Shown here: positions 12,185 through 29,941 of the stretch, piece by piece
Position numbering within the stretch: position 1 is the stretch's first letter
Layout of the letters: the number at the start of each line of letters is the position of its first letter
DNA from: the human T2T-CHM13v2.0 reference genome, Homo sapiens
Reading direction: 5' to 3' (one strand)
Assembly: GCF_009914755.1 (NCBI RefSeq)
Contig: NC_060940.1
Length of the DNA stretch: 64,000 nucleotides
Translations under genes and position numbers: made by a program
The notes under the pieces: generated by a model
Databases searched by the model: none
What the model was told of the DNA's origin: nothing
What the model saw: the letters and a program-made list of their open reading frames with translations, nothing else

Positions 12185-15100
12185 GAGCTGGAAGACGGCT
12201 GAGCCTTGCCTCCCTCTGGAAAAGACATTGAGGGAAGATAAGAGTTGATGTTTTTTGTACTACAGTCGGAAGTGGGACGAACTTTATGGAAAAGATTCTT
12301 GAGTTAGGCATTTGAAAGCGTGGCAGTCTATATAGTTTTGAAGTGCTTGAAAGCTTGCTAATCGGAGTCATCTGCGCGCATGTTAACGTGCTGCTCTTCT
12401 CTAGCAATTTGATCAAGTGTTTTCTGTTAAAAGGATCCTATATTTGATTATAAGTTGCTGGCAGGAATTCTGTTGAGAGTTTTGAGTCCATAGGTTTGTT
12501 TTATGGTGGTTCCTTTCTGGAGTTAATCCCCCTCCCTTTGTGATGACATGAAGATGTGTAAGTAAACGTTCTTGCCCATTTGTGCATTCTTGGTAACGGT
12601 GGGTTTAGATTTTGTGCCTTACTGGTTTTGAAGATTGAGAAATTTGGGGTTGATTTTTTTTTTTGGCAAGATTTCTATGGAAAAAGGATTTGACTTTGTT
12701 AATCTTAAGAAATATGTAATTAAATGTTTTCAGACTTTTAAAAGTTGCTCAGAACAGTAATGGAACTTTGTGCATTTCAAAAATACCAATATTGGTATTT
12801 TTGCCATATATATTTAGGCCATATATAGGTTGAAACGGGCTATGAAGGTGCTGCTTGACTGTCAAGTTGTTAATTTTTGCATAAGAATGTGCAAATGGCC
12901 GCAGCATCTTGTAGGAAAAAATATCTCCTTGTGAGATTTCTTGAGTAGACTACAGTTTTTTGGGACAGTAATTTGAGAACTGGTAACAAAGTGGTGAAAA
13001 GAAACGCTAACTTTAGGGAATGAGGAACTGTAATAATAATAGTCCAGTCTTACTGAAAAAAGGGAAACATGGTTAAATAGTGCCTCAGTGGTTAGCTTTG
13101 ATTTTATATAGCTGTTTGTTAAATTGTGACTGAGTAAATTGCTTCAACATCTATCAGTGCTGACGGTCTTGAACGTTTTGGAATGGCTCTTGGTTTTGTC
13201 CAAAAACAGAATTTTGAAATAATACTTAATTAAAAAAAAGGTTTCTGGGAGTGTAATTTACATACAGTAAAATCACTGTTTTAGGATATATACTTTGATT
13301 TTTTTTTTTCAAGAAGTAGAATATATCTATCACCCCCACCTCCCAGTCCCTGGCAGTCACTGATTTGATTGCTGTTTTTTCTCCTCCATCATGTCCTAAA
13401 TAGAATGGTGCAGTCCTTGTAGCCTATTGTGTCTGGCTTGTTCCAGTTACTATGATAAGGTTCACCCATCGAGTTCGCATTGCAGGTGTGCATAGTTCAG
13501 TGCCTTTTGATTGGCTAGTATTACTCTATGGTGTGGCAGTACCATGGTTTATTCTTTTGCTTTTGTTGGTATTGCTTTGTGCTTGAAGGGGAAGGCAACA
13601 CATTTTTAGTGTTTTTATGTGCCAGGTTCTTAGCCTAGGCCGTATAAAATGGGATTGTCCTCTGGCTTTGGTCCTGTTGGGTTCTTGTAGAATGTGTCCC
13701 TTTAGGACTAACCTAGCAGTTTTCGTTAGTGCTAACTTTTCGTGTAAGAAGATGGGTTCAGCAGTTGAACTCTGAAATAATCCTTAATTTGATTACTTCA
13801 TTTAAAAATGTTTACAATTTGTTTGTTTTCCTGCTCAGAAAACTTAAGGAGGAACATTAATTTTATTTTTAGAAAACATCACATATGATTCTTGGATTAT
13901 TGTAAATGCTAGATTGTTAGTCTGAACTAGTTTTATTTTGTACCTTGTTTCTGTACAGTGAAAACACATCCCTTGCCTAATAGAAATGGTAAGTTGTGTC
14001 TTGTGGAATTTGATAGTGCAACGTTTTCTTATTTGATTCAAGGAGTGTGTGGATAATACTCTGGATAGCCTCACACTTTTTCTTTTTCAGGGTGTGGTCT
14101 TTAGAGAACAGGCATACAGCTGTAGGAATAATTGGTTACCTTAAATAGAACCAATAAAATTAGCAAGGTGGTGTCACAAGTGCATGCAGCAGTAAGTAGT
14201 ACTAAATTTAAATGATATTGGTTATAGTTCTGATTAAATATTTAAATATAATTTAAGGGGGGAAAAATTTGGTGGATACTTCTAAGTGGGCAGCAGGCAG
14301 CATTCCTGTATTTTGTATAATATCTGACAAGGTAAAAATGGCTTATTGTGCAGCCTGGGGACAATTTGGCACTCCTACCAGCTTCTTGATAACTACCAAG
14401 AAGTTCATTAGGTGTTTATCTCAATCCTGACCTTCATTAAGAAGGTCAGGATTGAGATTAAAAACCCAGCAGAGGGTCGCTTTTAGTTGTCAGAGGGCTT
14501 TTGAAAAGTTGAAAATTGAGTTAATTGGTTTGGTTGGAATGTGGCTAGAAGGATTTGGAAGATAATGTAAATGTAAGTTGAACTTCAGCAAGGACAGAAT
14601 TCAATAAAATGGAGTGGGTGGTTACCTCTACTGTAAATAGTAGGGTCAGACTTGTCTTCCCCTTTCCAAAAAAGGAAGGAAGCCAAAATACTGACTGCTG
14701 GTTTTTGATTTGATAAATGCAAAGAGGATGGTGTTTCTTCAATATTCAGTAGTATCCTTAGATCAGTATATTTTTTGATTCCTGGAACTAAAGAAGGGGA
14801 GTAAAAAATCATTTTAATCTGGCTAGGGTTGATGTTTACCCAGTGTCATTGTGAGTTGGAGTCTACTGCCACATTGCCTGAGTTCAGATCTTGGCTCTGT
14901 TACTTCTTACCTTTATGGTCCTGGAGACAGTGAAGCCAGGTGTTAATTCACCATTGTGCTCCTTGACTTAATTAACTTAAATAGGGATAACTACCACAGA
15001 TTCTAGTACAAGCTCTTAGCTTTGTGCCTGGCATAGTGAGTGCTCTGGCATTCATTGTGTTGGTGGTCAAGTTTTAAGTATTTTTTGGATTTTTCTCAAT

Positions 15101-15569
15101 GTGGGCAGTGCTTAAAATGAAGGGAAGTAATAATAGTTTATTTTCTGTCTTTTTAAAAATTTTTTTTGTGTTGAAATAAACTCTGGTGTGTATTTCCTTC
15201 TTCATCTTCTTTCCCTAATTGGAGTAAATGTAAGTAGAATTGACAGGTGGGAAAAATAGTCTGATGCCCTTAAGTCCTCACTTTTGATACATCTTGATGC
15301 CAAGCCCTCTTTATATGTCTCACTTCAGTGTGGCCATTTTGGACTCGTACACTAAAGCAGAACTGAACATAACTGTAAATGTGTGGGCCAAGTGGCAGGT
15401 GACTTAGAAACAAATGGCCAGAAATCATATTCTACCTGGAGACTGGTGGAGCTGGTTTGTGACTCACTTGGCTGCAAAAAATTATTACTGAGTTTGAGAC
15501 TTTGTTCAAAATACCTTAGTGTGGATTACAGTGAGAAACTCTAAGCATTAAATTTCTATTTAACTTTTC

Positions 15570-19841
<4,272 letters not shown>

Positions 19842-20645
19842 TAGGATAGGTTTAAAAACCTGATTGCTTCTAGGTTAACACATTTTACATTTATCCTTTA
19901 TGTGGTGTGATAAGTTCAGTTGGTCAATGACTTGATTTCTCTTAATGCCTCCAGCTCTTTCAGAATCATTTAAGTTTTAGGTACAGCACTACAAGGTCAT
20001 CTTCAGGTTTGTCCACCCCTTTAGGGTTGGCTCATCTAAATCTTTTCCTAAAGAGATAGGAAAAGTGGTGACCCTCTCTACTGTTATTTACATTCAAAAT
20101 GGAGTTCATGCTTTGTTTATGAAGAAGTGAGAAATCAAAATTATTGATTCATGTTATACCAGTAGTGAGACACTGGAGAAGTTACTTCACTCTTGAGCTG
20201 CTTTTTATATTTGTAAAATTAGAATAATCCACCTTCTCAGAGTTGTGATGGAGAAGATATGAATGCACTCTATAGCATATCAGGTTTCCAAATTGATGTT
20301 GAATTCTTGTCCTGGTCCTTTTCATTTTAAAGTATTTTTTCTTTCTTTTTAACATCCCAGGTCCTACTTTGATTATTTTTTTAAGAGAAAAGATCTGTGG
20401 ACAATATCCTTGTTTTTCTTTGTCTTTAGCAATAAAGACTGTCATCTGCTTAAGAGTAGGCCTTATTATAAAGTTCTGGTTGTTGTGCTTCCCTCTTGCC
20501 ATTTTCTTTAATAGTGCAAATTCAGCTTGGCATCCTCTGTGATGTCTGGATGATTTTTTTTTTTTTTTCTGGAACATAGCTTTACATTGTTTGACTATTG
20601 CCCATCCTTTGAGAGTCTGCTGTAGATGTAGCAGACAAGAAATTA

Positions 20646-20990
<345 letters not shown>

Positions 20991-21794
20991 TTACGGAAAG
21001 TTCAAGGATAAAGTAACGATGTTGGTTAATGCCATTAAAGACATACTGGTGATGTTCTGCTGGCACAGCAGCTCAATTAAAACTAAATAATAGTCACTTA
21101 AATTTTCAAATATTTTTTTCAACTAAATGAAACCACTAAAAGGTAGAGATCATTTTACCAAAACCCAGGTGGAGTATATGCAGAGAATTTAGTCTAGGAG
21201 ATCTGTTGGGAATGGTTGAGTTACAGGAAGCTGTTGAGAACTGGAAGCAAAATGAGTATACCCAGGGAAATGAATAAAGCTTTTTGTTTTCCACCATGCT
21301 ATTTGGTTTTAGTGTTGAGCCATCAGTCAGAATTAATTTTTCCTTCTAAAACATTTGCTGCTGCCTTCAGCTTGTTCCTCATTCTTGGTGCTGAATCTGT
21401 CAGTAGGAATGTATCTTCACAATGACGTGGTAAATGCAGATGAGCGTGGCCTGAGGCATGTGCAATATTTAGACATCTGTTGAATGATGTGATGCAAGTT
21501 ATTTTAGGTAATTTCATTAAAGATACCTAATCTCTCTGTTTCTGTTAAATTTTTTTTTTTAACAAGCCAAGCTCCAGGACTGTGATAAGTAAACACTGAA
21601 TTTAGACCATTAAGATTAAATGTTACATATAACATTTTCATTATGACTGAAATCATTTCAGTTTATATTACTGATGGGCTCAGAGGCCACATCATGGTAT
21701 TCACTTTGGTTAAATTGTAAAATGGTTTTCTTTAGAAGGGAATACGGGCTCTAATGGTCATGATACATGTTTTCTTTTTCTTTTTTTCTAACAG

Positions 21795-22070
21795 AAAGCG
21801 TGGATACCCATCAACGAAGTTTTGATATTGGAATTCAGATTGGCTATCAGCGACGCAATAAGGATGTGTTGGCTTGGGTTAAAAAACGCAGAAGAACTAT
21901 TCGTCGAGAAGATTTGATCAGCTTCCTGTGTGGAAAAGTTCCTCCACCACGAAACTCTAGAGCTCCCCCAAGACTGACTGTAGTGTCCCCTAACCGAGCT
22001 ACTTCAACGGAAACTAGCTCATCTGTAGAGACTGATTTGCAACCCTTCCGGGAAGCCATAGCTCTGCATG
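21795..22070 (+). CDS. HAPSTR1: HAPSTR1 coding exon 3 (276 nt; ESVDTHQRSFDIGIQIGYQRRNKDVLAWVKKRRRTIRREDLISFLCGK...EAIALH)
   Basis: Acceptor ttttttctaacag| at 21794 and donor CATG|GTAAAG at 22071. The frame continues from exon 2, and the exon holds the conserved core of the family. Confidence 0.96.
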
Positions 22071-22084
22071 GTAAAGCCGTTTAA
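22071..22084 (+). CDS. HAPSTR1: Alternative C-terminus (GKAV*) from read-through of the exon 3 donor, giving a 198-aa short isoform
   Basis: In-frame GGT AAA GCC GTT TAA immediately past a non-consensus donor (+5 A). This fits my recollection of a short HAPSTR1 isoform lacking the NLS. Confidence 0.7.
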
Positions 22085-22917
22085 ACATATTTCTTTGGAA
22101 AAATGGTTAAGAGGGTGCCTGTGGACCCATTTTTCACGGTTAGGTTTAGGTCCAGATATACTGTTTTTTGTCTTACAGTAAACAGCTTGCTCTAGAAATG
22201 TTTAATAGAATGTAAGCTAAGAACTTAATATGGGCGATTTCTGTCAGCTAACCTATCCTAGAAAATGTTTTTAGAAAGTTAGTTTGAGCTTATTGGTGTT
22301 AAAATGACATATCTTTCTGCAGTGTTGATTAGAATTTATCGCTTTACACTTATGTGTTGTACGTGTTTTTTTCCTCTTCTGAAGTCAAAGAGGAAGTTCT
22401 TGTGTCTTAAGAATTCTGTTATATTTCTAATGGTCCATGACAGGCAAGTAAGGTGGGAAATTGTTGGGTTAGTTCTCATGGGACCTGGGACCTCCCTTGA
22501 CACCTTTCTTACTTGGTTTGCTGTAGATGGTGGGAGAGGATGGATGTAAGACTTGACCTTCTGCCTGTCGTCCCTCAGGTCCCTTGCACTTTAAGAGGCA
22601 GGACCAGCAGAGTGCAGCCAGTGGGCAGGTGGATCTCTATCTCCCCAGGCCAGACCTGTCATAAGAAGGCACTCTTGGCTAAGGGATTTTAGTATTGCTG
22701 GAGAAACCCGGGAAATGTAGTCAGTGATAAGTCTGTTGTTGCTTGTTGCTGTCTAATACAGACTTCCAAATAGAGCTGGGAGAGTTAACCTGTGTGACAG
22801 CATTGAATACTGCTGTAGGAAAAAAAGCAACAGAATAATAAGACTTGCTTGAAACCATGATGGAAAGATGGATCACGCAGATGGCTAAGCAGGTAGAAGT
22901 AATTAGGTCATGAATCC

Positions 22918-23214
<297 letters not shown>

Positions 23215-24891
23215 TGAGTCTTGTTGAAAGTTAACATTTTTGGGCCATAGTACAGGTCATCTAAAACAAAGTAACCTGGTAAGGTACTAAGAAATAGTGG
23301 CATATAAAGAAACTTTATAGACGTTGAATCATTGAGACTTTATAATACCTGTAGAGATCTTGTTCTCTCTGGCAAACCGTAGTTCTTTCCTGAAACCCCA
23401 ATGTTGTTTTTTCCCTTGATAGTGTTTAGGACAATTAAAAACAAAAACATGAATTGCAGGAAAGTTCAGGTTGTGTGGATGCAGTACTTTAAGACTGCAC
23501 ACTGTTCCTGACACAGTGGAATAGTTAGGCTGTCAGAACTTTGGAAGCTCAGGCAAAAATGGGATTGATCTGTTTATGCTGAATTAGAGAGTTTCACATC
23601 TTTCCCCCTAAAGTTTGGGAAAACAATTAACTAGAGGTGTACATAGTTTGTTAGATTAATTTTAGCGCATGGTAATATTTGATGCAGTTGTCTCTCCTTA
23701 AGTATTGTGATTTTCTTCCTTTATTAAGAGGGTTGTGGGTCATTCCATGCTTCTCTTAAGGTATCTTTTTACTCTGTTTTACTGTTATATTTTAGAAGAT
23801 AGTTTTAAGAAACATAAAAACCATGCTTGTTATCTTAACGTAGTAGTAGTGTACATAATAGTAAAAAGGGCAAGCCAGCCCCCTCTGCCCTCGAAAAACT
23901 GTATTCTCCAACTCCCACTACATTTTCTCATATTGAATCTCTTCCACCTGTGATTTATTGTTTTCCTGAACTTTGGGAGTTTTAAGCAAAGATACAGTTG
24001 AAGGGACTGTTTATAATTTTCACATGTTTAAGTTGTGAGGCTTTAAAACTTAAATATAAGGCTTTGTCTAGGAAGAAAATGATCTTTACCTTCAATAAAT
24101 TTATAATGTAGCACTAATCCAGTATAGATTGGAGACTGAATGCATTCTTACTCTTAGGGTTCATACCTCTAATTCATGTGGTTAAGACAGTGTTGTGGTG
24201 AAGTAATAGGGCCCCTTGAAAGAATCTACAGAAACATAAATTATACTGAGTTGTGCTGTACTGGTTTGTGAGAACATCAGTGTATTAAGGAGAATGGTAG
24301 TTTAATTTGAATATTTAAAGAAAGTAATTTGAATGGTTCTAGTACTAGGGCCATTATTAACTAGTAACATAGATTAGTGACTTCAACTGGGTGTCCTTAT
24401 TATCTGATTTGTCTGAAGTGAAAACTGTTAAGGTGCTCTTTTAAAATGTATTTGGAAACACCATAGTTAGGGTAAATACAATGTCACAATTCACTCTTGC
24501 ATATTATTTGCTTAGCCAAATTTATGAATTCTAAGTTAGGCCAAATTGAAGGTTTTGGAGTTTTACATTGTGGGTGAGTCTAAATTCATGCGTTTGGCAA
24601 GCACAAGGACATGGGAAAAGAATCTGGTATTTTGAGGCAGGCTTGAGTTTATAATGAAAGCAAACTCAGTTCCTCTTCATGTCCTATGTATTTAAGAGAG
24701 GACAGTTTTCCCTCAGTTTTTTTCCCCTTCCTTACCCCTACCCCCATCAAATACAGCCCAACCAAATAACTGTGTTCTTAATTTAAAGGAAAATGGCAGA
24801 CTTGATACCTGCTGAATATTTCGTGTAGACAGAGTATGACAATGAATGAGATCCCCAGTCATTGCCCTTGTAAGCCTGGGAACCCAGTTTA

Positions 24892-25056
<165 letters not shown>

Positions 25057-28000
25057 TTAAAGAAAAAAAAGTAAGGCATATCAATTTATGGTTATCAAAT
25101 AGGTTTTTTTTTTTTTTTTTGAGACTGAGTGTCGCTCTATAGCCCAGGCTGGAGTGTAGTGCTCACTGCGACTTCCGCCTCCTGGGTCAAGTGATTCTCG
25201 TGCCTCAGTCTCCCGAGTAGCTGGGATTGTAGGCGCCTGCCACCACGCCCAGCTAATTTTTGTATTTGTAGTAGCGATGGGGTTTCATCATGTTGGCGAA
25301 GCTGGTCTTGAACACCTGACCTCAAGTGATCTGCCTTAGCCTCACTGCTTGCCCCTAAGTGGTGGGATTGCAGGTGTGAGCCACTGTGCTGGCCTCAAAT
25401 AGTTTTTATCAAAGCTACTTCAATTAGTGGTTAGCAAGGCTTAAAGACTAATTCAGTGCTTTATTTTGACACTTGTTCGCAACATGTTGCTTTTTTTCCT
25501 GTGTCCTATGGGACCTAGTCATCTGTATGTTAGATTCACAGAGGAATTAAAGAGATAAACATGCATGTGCTAAATTGATTTCTGTCTTGCTTTGTTATCC
25601 TATAATAATGTTATAAAATAACATTATTATAAATTTCCCAAGAGTTGAATTAATACCAACAACTGGTAACTCGTTTTTATGTAAACAGCATACTTGAGAC
25701 CAGAAATCTTCTGGATCACTTTGTGGATCTCTGCCTGCCATTCTCATTGGTCCTCTGTTCATCCCTTTTCTAGAGCTTCTCCTTACCTTGGCTTCTCTTC
25801 TGCCACATTGGCCTGCCTGACCTGTCCTCAGGCCCTGTCACTGCCCTAGATTACGTTTCCCATGTCTTCACTTCCAAATCTGGACCTCTCGTTTAGACCT
25901 TCTCTCCTGACTGCCAGATGGCATGTCCCACTGTCCTCCGGTGTACATCTCCAAATTGTCCCACAGGCATTTATCTCAGATGAAGTTTCAGGTTGGACTC
26001 ATTCTTCTGCCCCAACAGCAGAATGACTCATTGAGCCATTGAGCCATTCAGCACATTCTCTATATGGCAGATTCGGTGCTGTCTCTGGAAATACATAAAC
26101 ATAGAGCGATTCCTTTTTCTGTTGAGGCAAAATATGGATTTGGATAATTTCTATTCACGTCATGAATGTGGTATGTGGAAGGTCTTCTGAGAGCAGAAAG
26201 GGATGTTTCACAGCACAGCCCGGCTGTGTGGTGCTCAGGGCAGGCCCTCTGGAGGAGGTGAGCCTGGGCTCTTGGCCTAATGTTTCAGCTCTCACTTTCC
26301 AGTCCTGAGCTGTTGTTGCCAGTCCATCTTTCATGAGACCATTGGAGTGATCTTTCTGGTCTTGTCACTTCATGGTTTAAAGTTTCCCTGGGCCTACACA
26401 GTGAAGTCCAAATTCAGCATGGTATTACAAGACCCTTATGATCCAGTCTTAACCATTGGTTAGGTATCCTACCCATACTGTTTATCTCTTGAATACCTCT
26501 ATGCTCTTTGACAAGTCCAGCCCCTACGTGTTCATACCTCACTTCTGTGACACAGCCTTGCTTCAGGGCTCCCAATCTCTGTAGCCTCCCTGAACTGTGC
26601 ATTTGCTCTGCTGCTTGATTTGTTTCTGTGACTGTTCCATTCTCCTCGGGACACATAGCAGGGACCTTGTCTTGGTCCTTTTTTTTTTGGCTTTAACAGA
26701 ACATAGCAAAGAACCTGACATAGGTGTAGTCTGAGTTTACCACTGGGGTTATCACAGAGGTCTGCTAAGTGAATACAACACAGTGGGGACCCAGAACCTC
26801 TAGAAAGGGTTGAGGATTACAATCCCCAGATAGCTACAATCAGGGAATAATGTAACCTGTTTGCCTAGGGTGCTACATGGTAATCTTGAATTAGAACAAC
26901 TGAGACTTCCATGGGACCTTAGTGTGATAACCATTAAACCTACTCTTTCAGTGTTTACTTTGTAAAAGCATCACACTAAGGAGGTTGTCATTTAATCCTC
27001 ACACCTACCCTGGGTTATTAACACTGTTGATGAAGAAAGCCTTACTTGGCTAAGATATGGAGCAGGTTAGTAAGTGGTAGAATAGATACTCCAGTCCTGT
27101 CTCCAAAATGCAAATTTTTTTTTAATTAAAAAAATTTCTAATTTTCAATATATTTATTTTTGATTTTTTATTTTCTGTAGAGTTGGAGTTTCGCCATGTT
27201 GTCCAGGCTGGTCTCGAACTCATGGGTGCAAGCCATACCCCAACCTCGACCTTCCGAAGTGTTGGGAATACTGGCATGAGCCATGATGCCTGGCCTCAAA
27301 ATGCATACCCTTAACCACTATGCTCTCACATTTTTAGATGTGGGATTTCTGTCTACGACGTCGCCCCCACTAAGACCTAGGGCTTAGGTGTCGAGGTGGG
27401 AAAGATCTTGAGGCTTTTCTTCTCAAAATTAATCAGAAACGATGTGAATTTTATATCTCTTTCTGAGGTTTTCCCCATAAGCTAATCGGGATTAGTAGAC
27501 TTAAAGGTGAATGACCAACTGTATCCCTGGTTCACTGGTTAGGAAGAGTACATAGTCTTTGTGTATAGGCTATTTTCCTCGGTAACCTTGGGCAACATGC
27601 TTGACTTCTCCAAGCCAGTCTCCTTTGTGAAAGGTGATATACTTACAAGACATTATATTAAATGAGAACCCAGGCAGGTTACCTACCCTACCATGACACT
27701 GGAAGTATTCTTTGCCTTAAGAAAAGGAGAATTGCTGGTTGGTTCCAGGTCCGGTGGGTACCCTCATTTCCCCTGGGCAATTTTACTGTAAAAATAGACC
27801 AAGGATCTCAAGGCCCAGTGGCTTTTGCCTTCTGGGATACTTTTTTACCTCCCTGTTTAGTAGTAAGGGTCACATTTTAAATTGCAGCTATCACACTGGA
27901 GGGATCAGATCATTTAGAACTTTGACTGCTTAAATATTACTCTTGCTAAGATCTTGAGCTTGTCTCATGTTGACAGACTAGTGAAGTTGGTTACGTTGTC

Positions 28001-29565
28001 TGTCTCCTCACTGGAGGGAGAGATTCAGAGTTGCCCTGTCCAACCCAGTGCTATCTCTGGAAAGGGTTGGATTGAAATCTAGTCTGCCTTCATTCTGAGG
28101 TATAATCATGAGGGTTAGGTGAAAGGGTCCCGAGTGAGAAGATGGCATGGGTCCTAGGGTGGGGAGCCCGATGCCAAGTCAGACTTCACTCGGTATGTTT
28201 ATTCAAAGCCCCACTTTCACTCGTAGCATATCATAGGTGGTCTCTGCAAGTTGCTGACCCTGATTCAGACTGTTCCATAAAAGTCAGACACTTGGTTTTA
28301 GTTCCCAAACTGATTTTGATGACATTCTTGACTGCAGGGCTTGGAGTTAACCCCACTGGGCCTGAGTTGTCTCTCTGTAAAGTTACACATCATTTCAGAC
28401 TCAAAGGCCTCTAGCATGCAGGGTCTGGTGTCATAATAGGCACCAATGGGAACCATTACTGTCATTGCCTTTTTTGGCTTTAATCTTCCCAATTGTAAGT
28501 TCCTTTCATGTTTAAAACAAGTTTAAAAGACAGGGGGACTTAGGCAAGCTCAGGCAGTCTAGCCTTTAATGTAAGAATTTCAAAACATAAAGGAAAAAAA
28601 CCTTTTTTTTTTAAGCAGTACTTTGTGAGTTACAAGACAGCAGCAGCTCCTTAGTGTTGATTGCCGAGGCCTTTTTGGTTTGAAAACTCTGCTTCCTTTG
28701 TGAATTTGGTGTTAGGAGTTCTTATTGTTATTCTGCAGCCTTTACTATTGTCCTTTATTTACTGAACACAGTGAATACCAAGCACTGTTTATTAGAGGTT
28801 AGGAGTAGGGGCAGGTGATTAAAGAAACAAAAAAGCTAATAATCTCCTCAAACAATTTCTGGCCTAATAGAATTATAGTAGACAGTGAAGTATCTAAACC
28901 CAGGGAATCAGATTGAGGCACCATGTCCATCGCCTTGAGAATTAATAGGCTGCATTTCTGGGTTCTCCTTTTTTTTTTTTTTTTTTGCCCAACTGAGTCT
29001 TTCTGTGGACTTACATGGAACTTCTTATTCTCTTAAATCATTAAGTTACTTGACAATATTCTTGGATTTGGAGAAACTGGATGTAGGGCCGTATGAAAAA
29101 ATCATTCGAAATCAGATTTAGGGGTATAAGGTTGGATAGGAATGTTTTAGAAAGAAGAATGTAAGGCAGATAACTAATTTGTCACATCCAAAGTATAAAA
29201 CTGCTACTTTTTCCCTAGAAAAGGGAAGCTCATTTTAGGCAGCCTAAACCAGTAAGATTTTCTTCCTCCTCCAAGTGCAGATTTTTGTACCTTTCGTTTG
29301 TCAAAACATTCTTTGGCCCTATGCATGCCAGAGTGATATAGAAAGGAAGTTACCACATTTTTTTGAGAACAAATCACTCCTGATAAAATTTCTTAGACAA
29401 TTGATAATCATTTTAAGAAGAAATTTAATTGTATTTAGCTCTGTGTCTCGCCCCTTTGGTGTCACTCTTCTACCTCTTCCATCACTATAGCTAAATATTT
29501 AGAAGTATATCTTGACACCTAGCACAAATGTTTTGGTTAAGTATCTTAAAACTGATGGATGGTAT

Positions 29566-29941
<376 letters not shown>

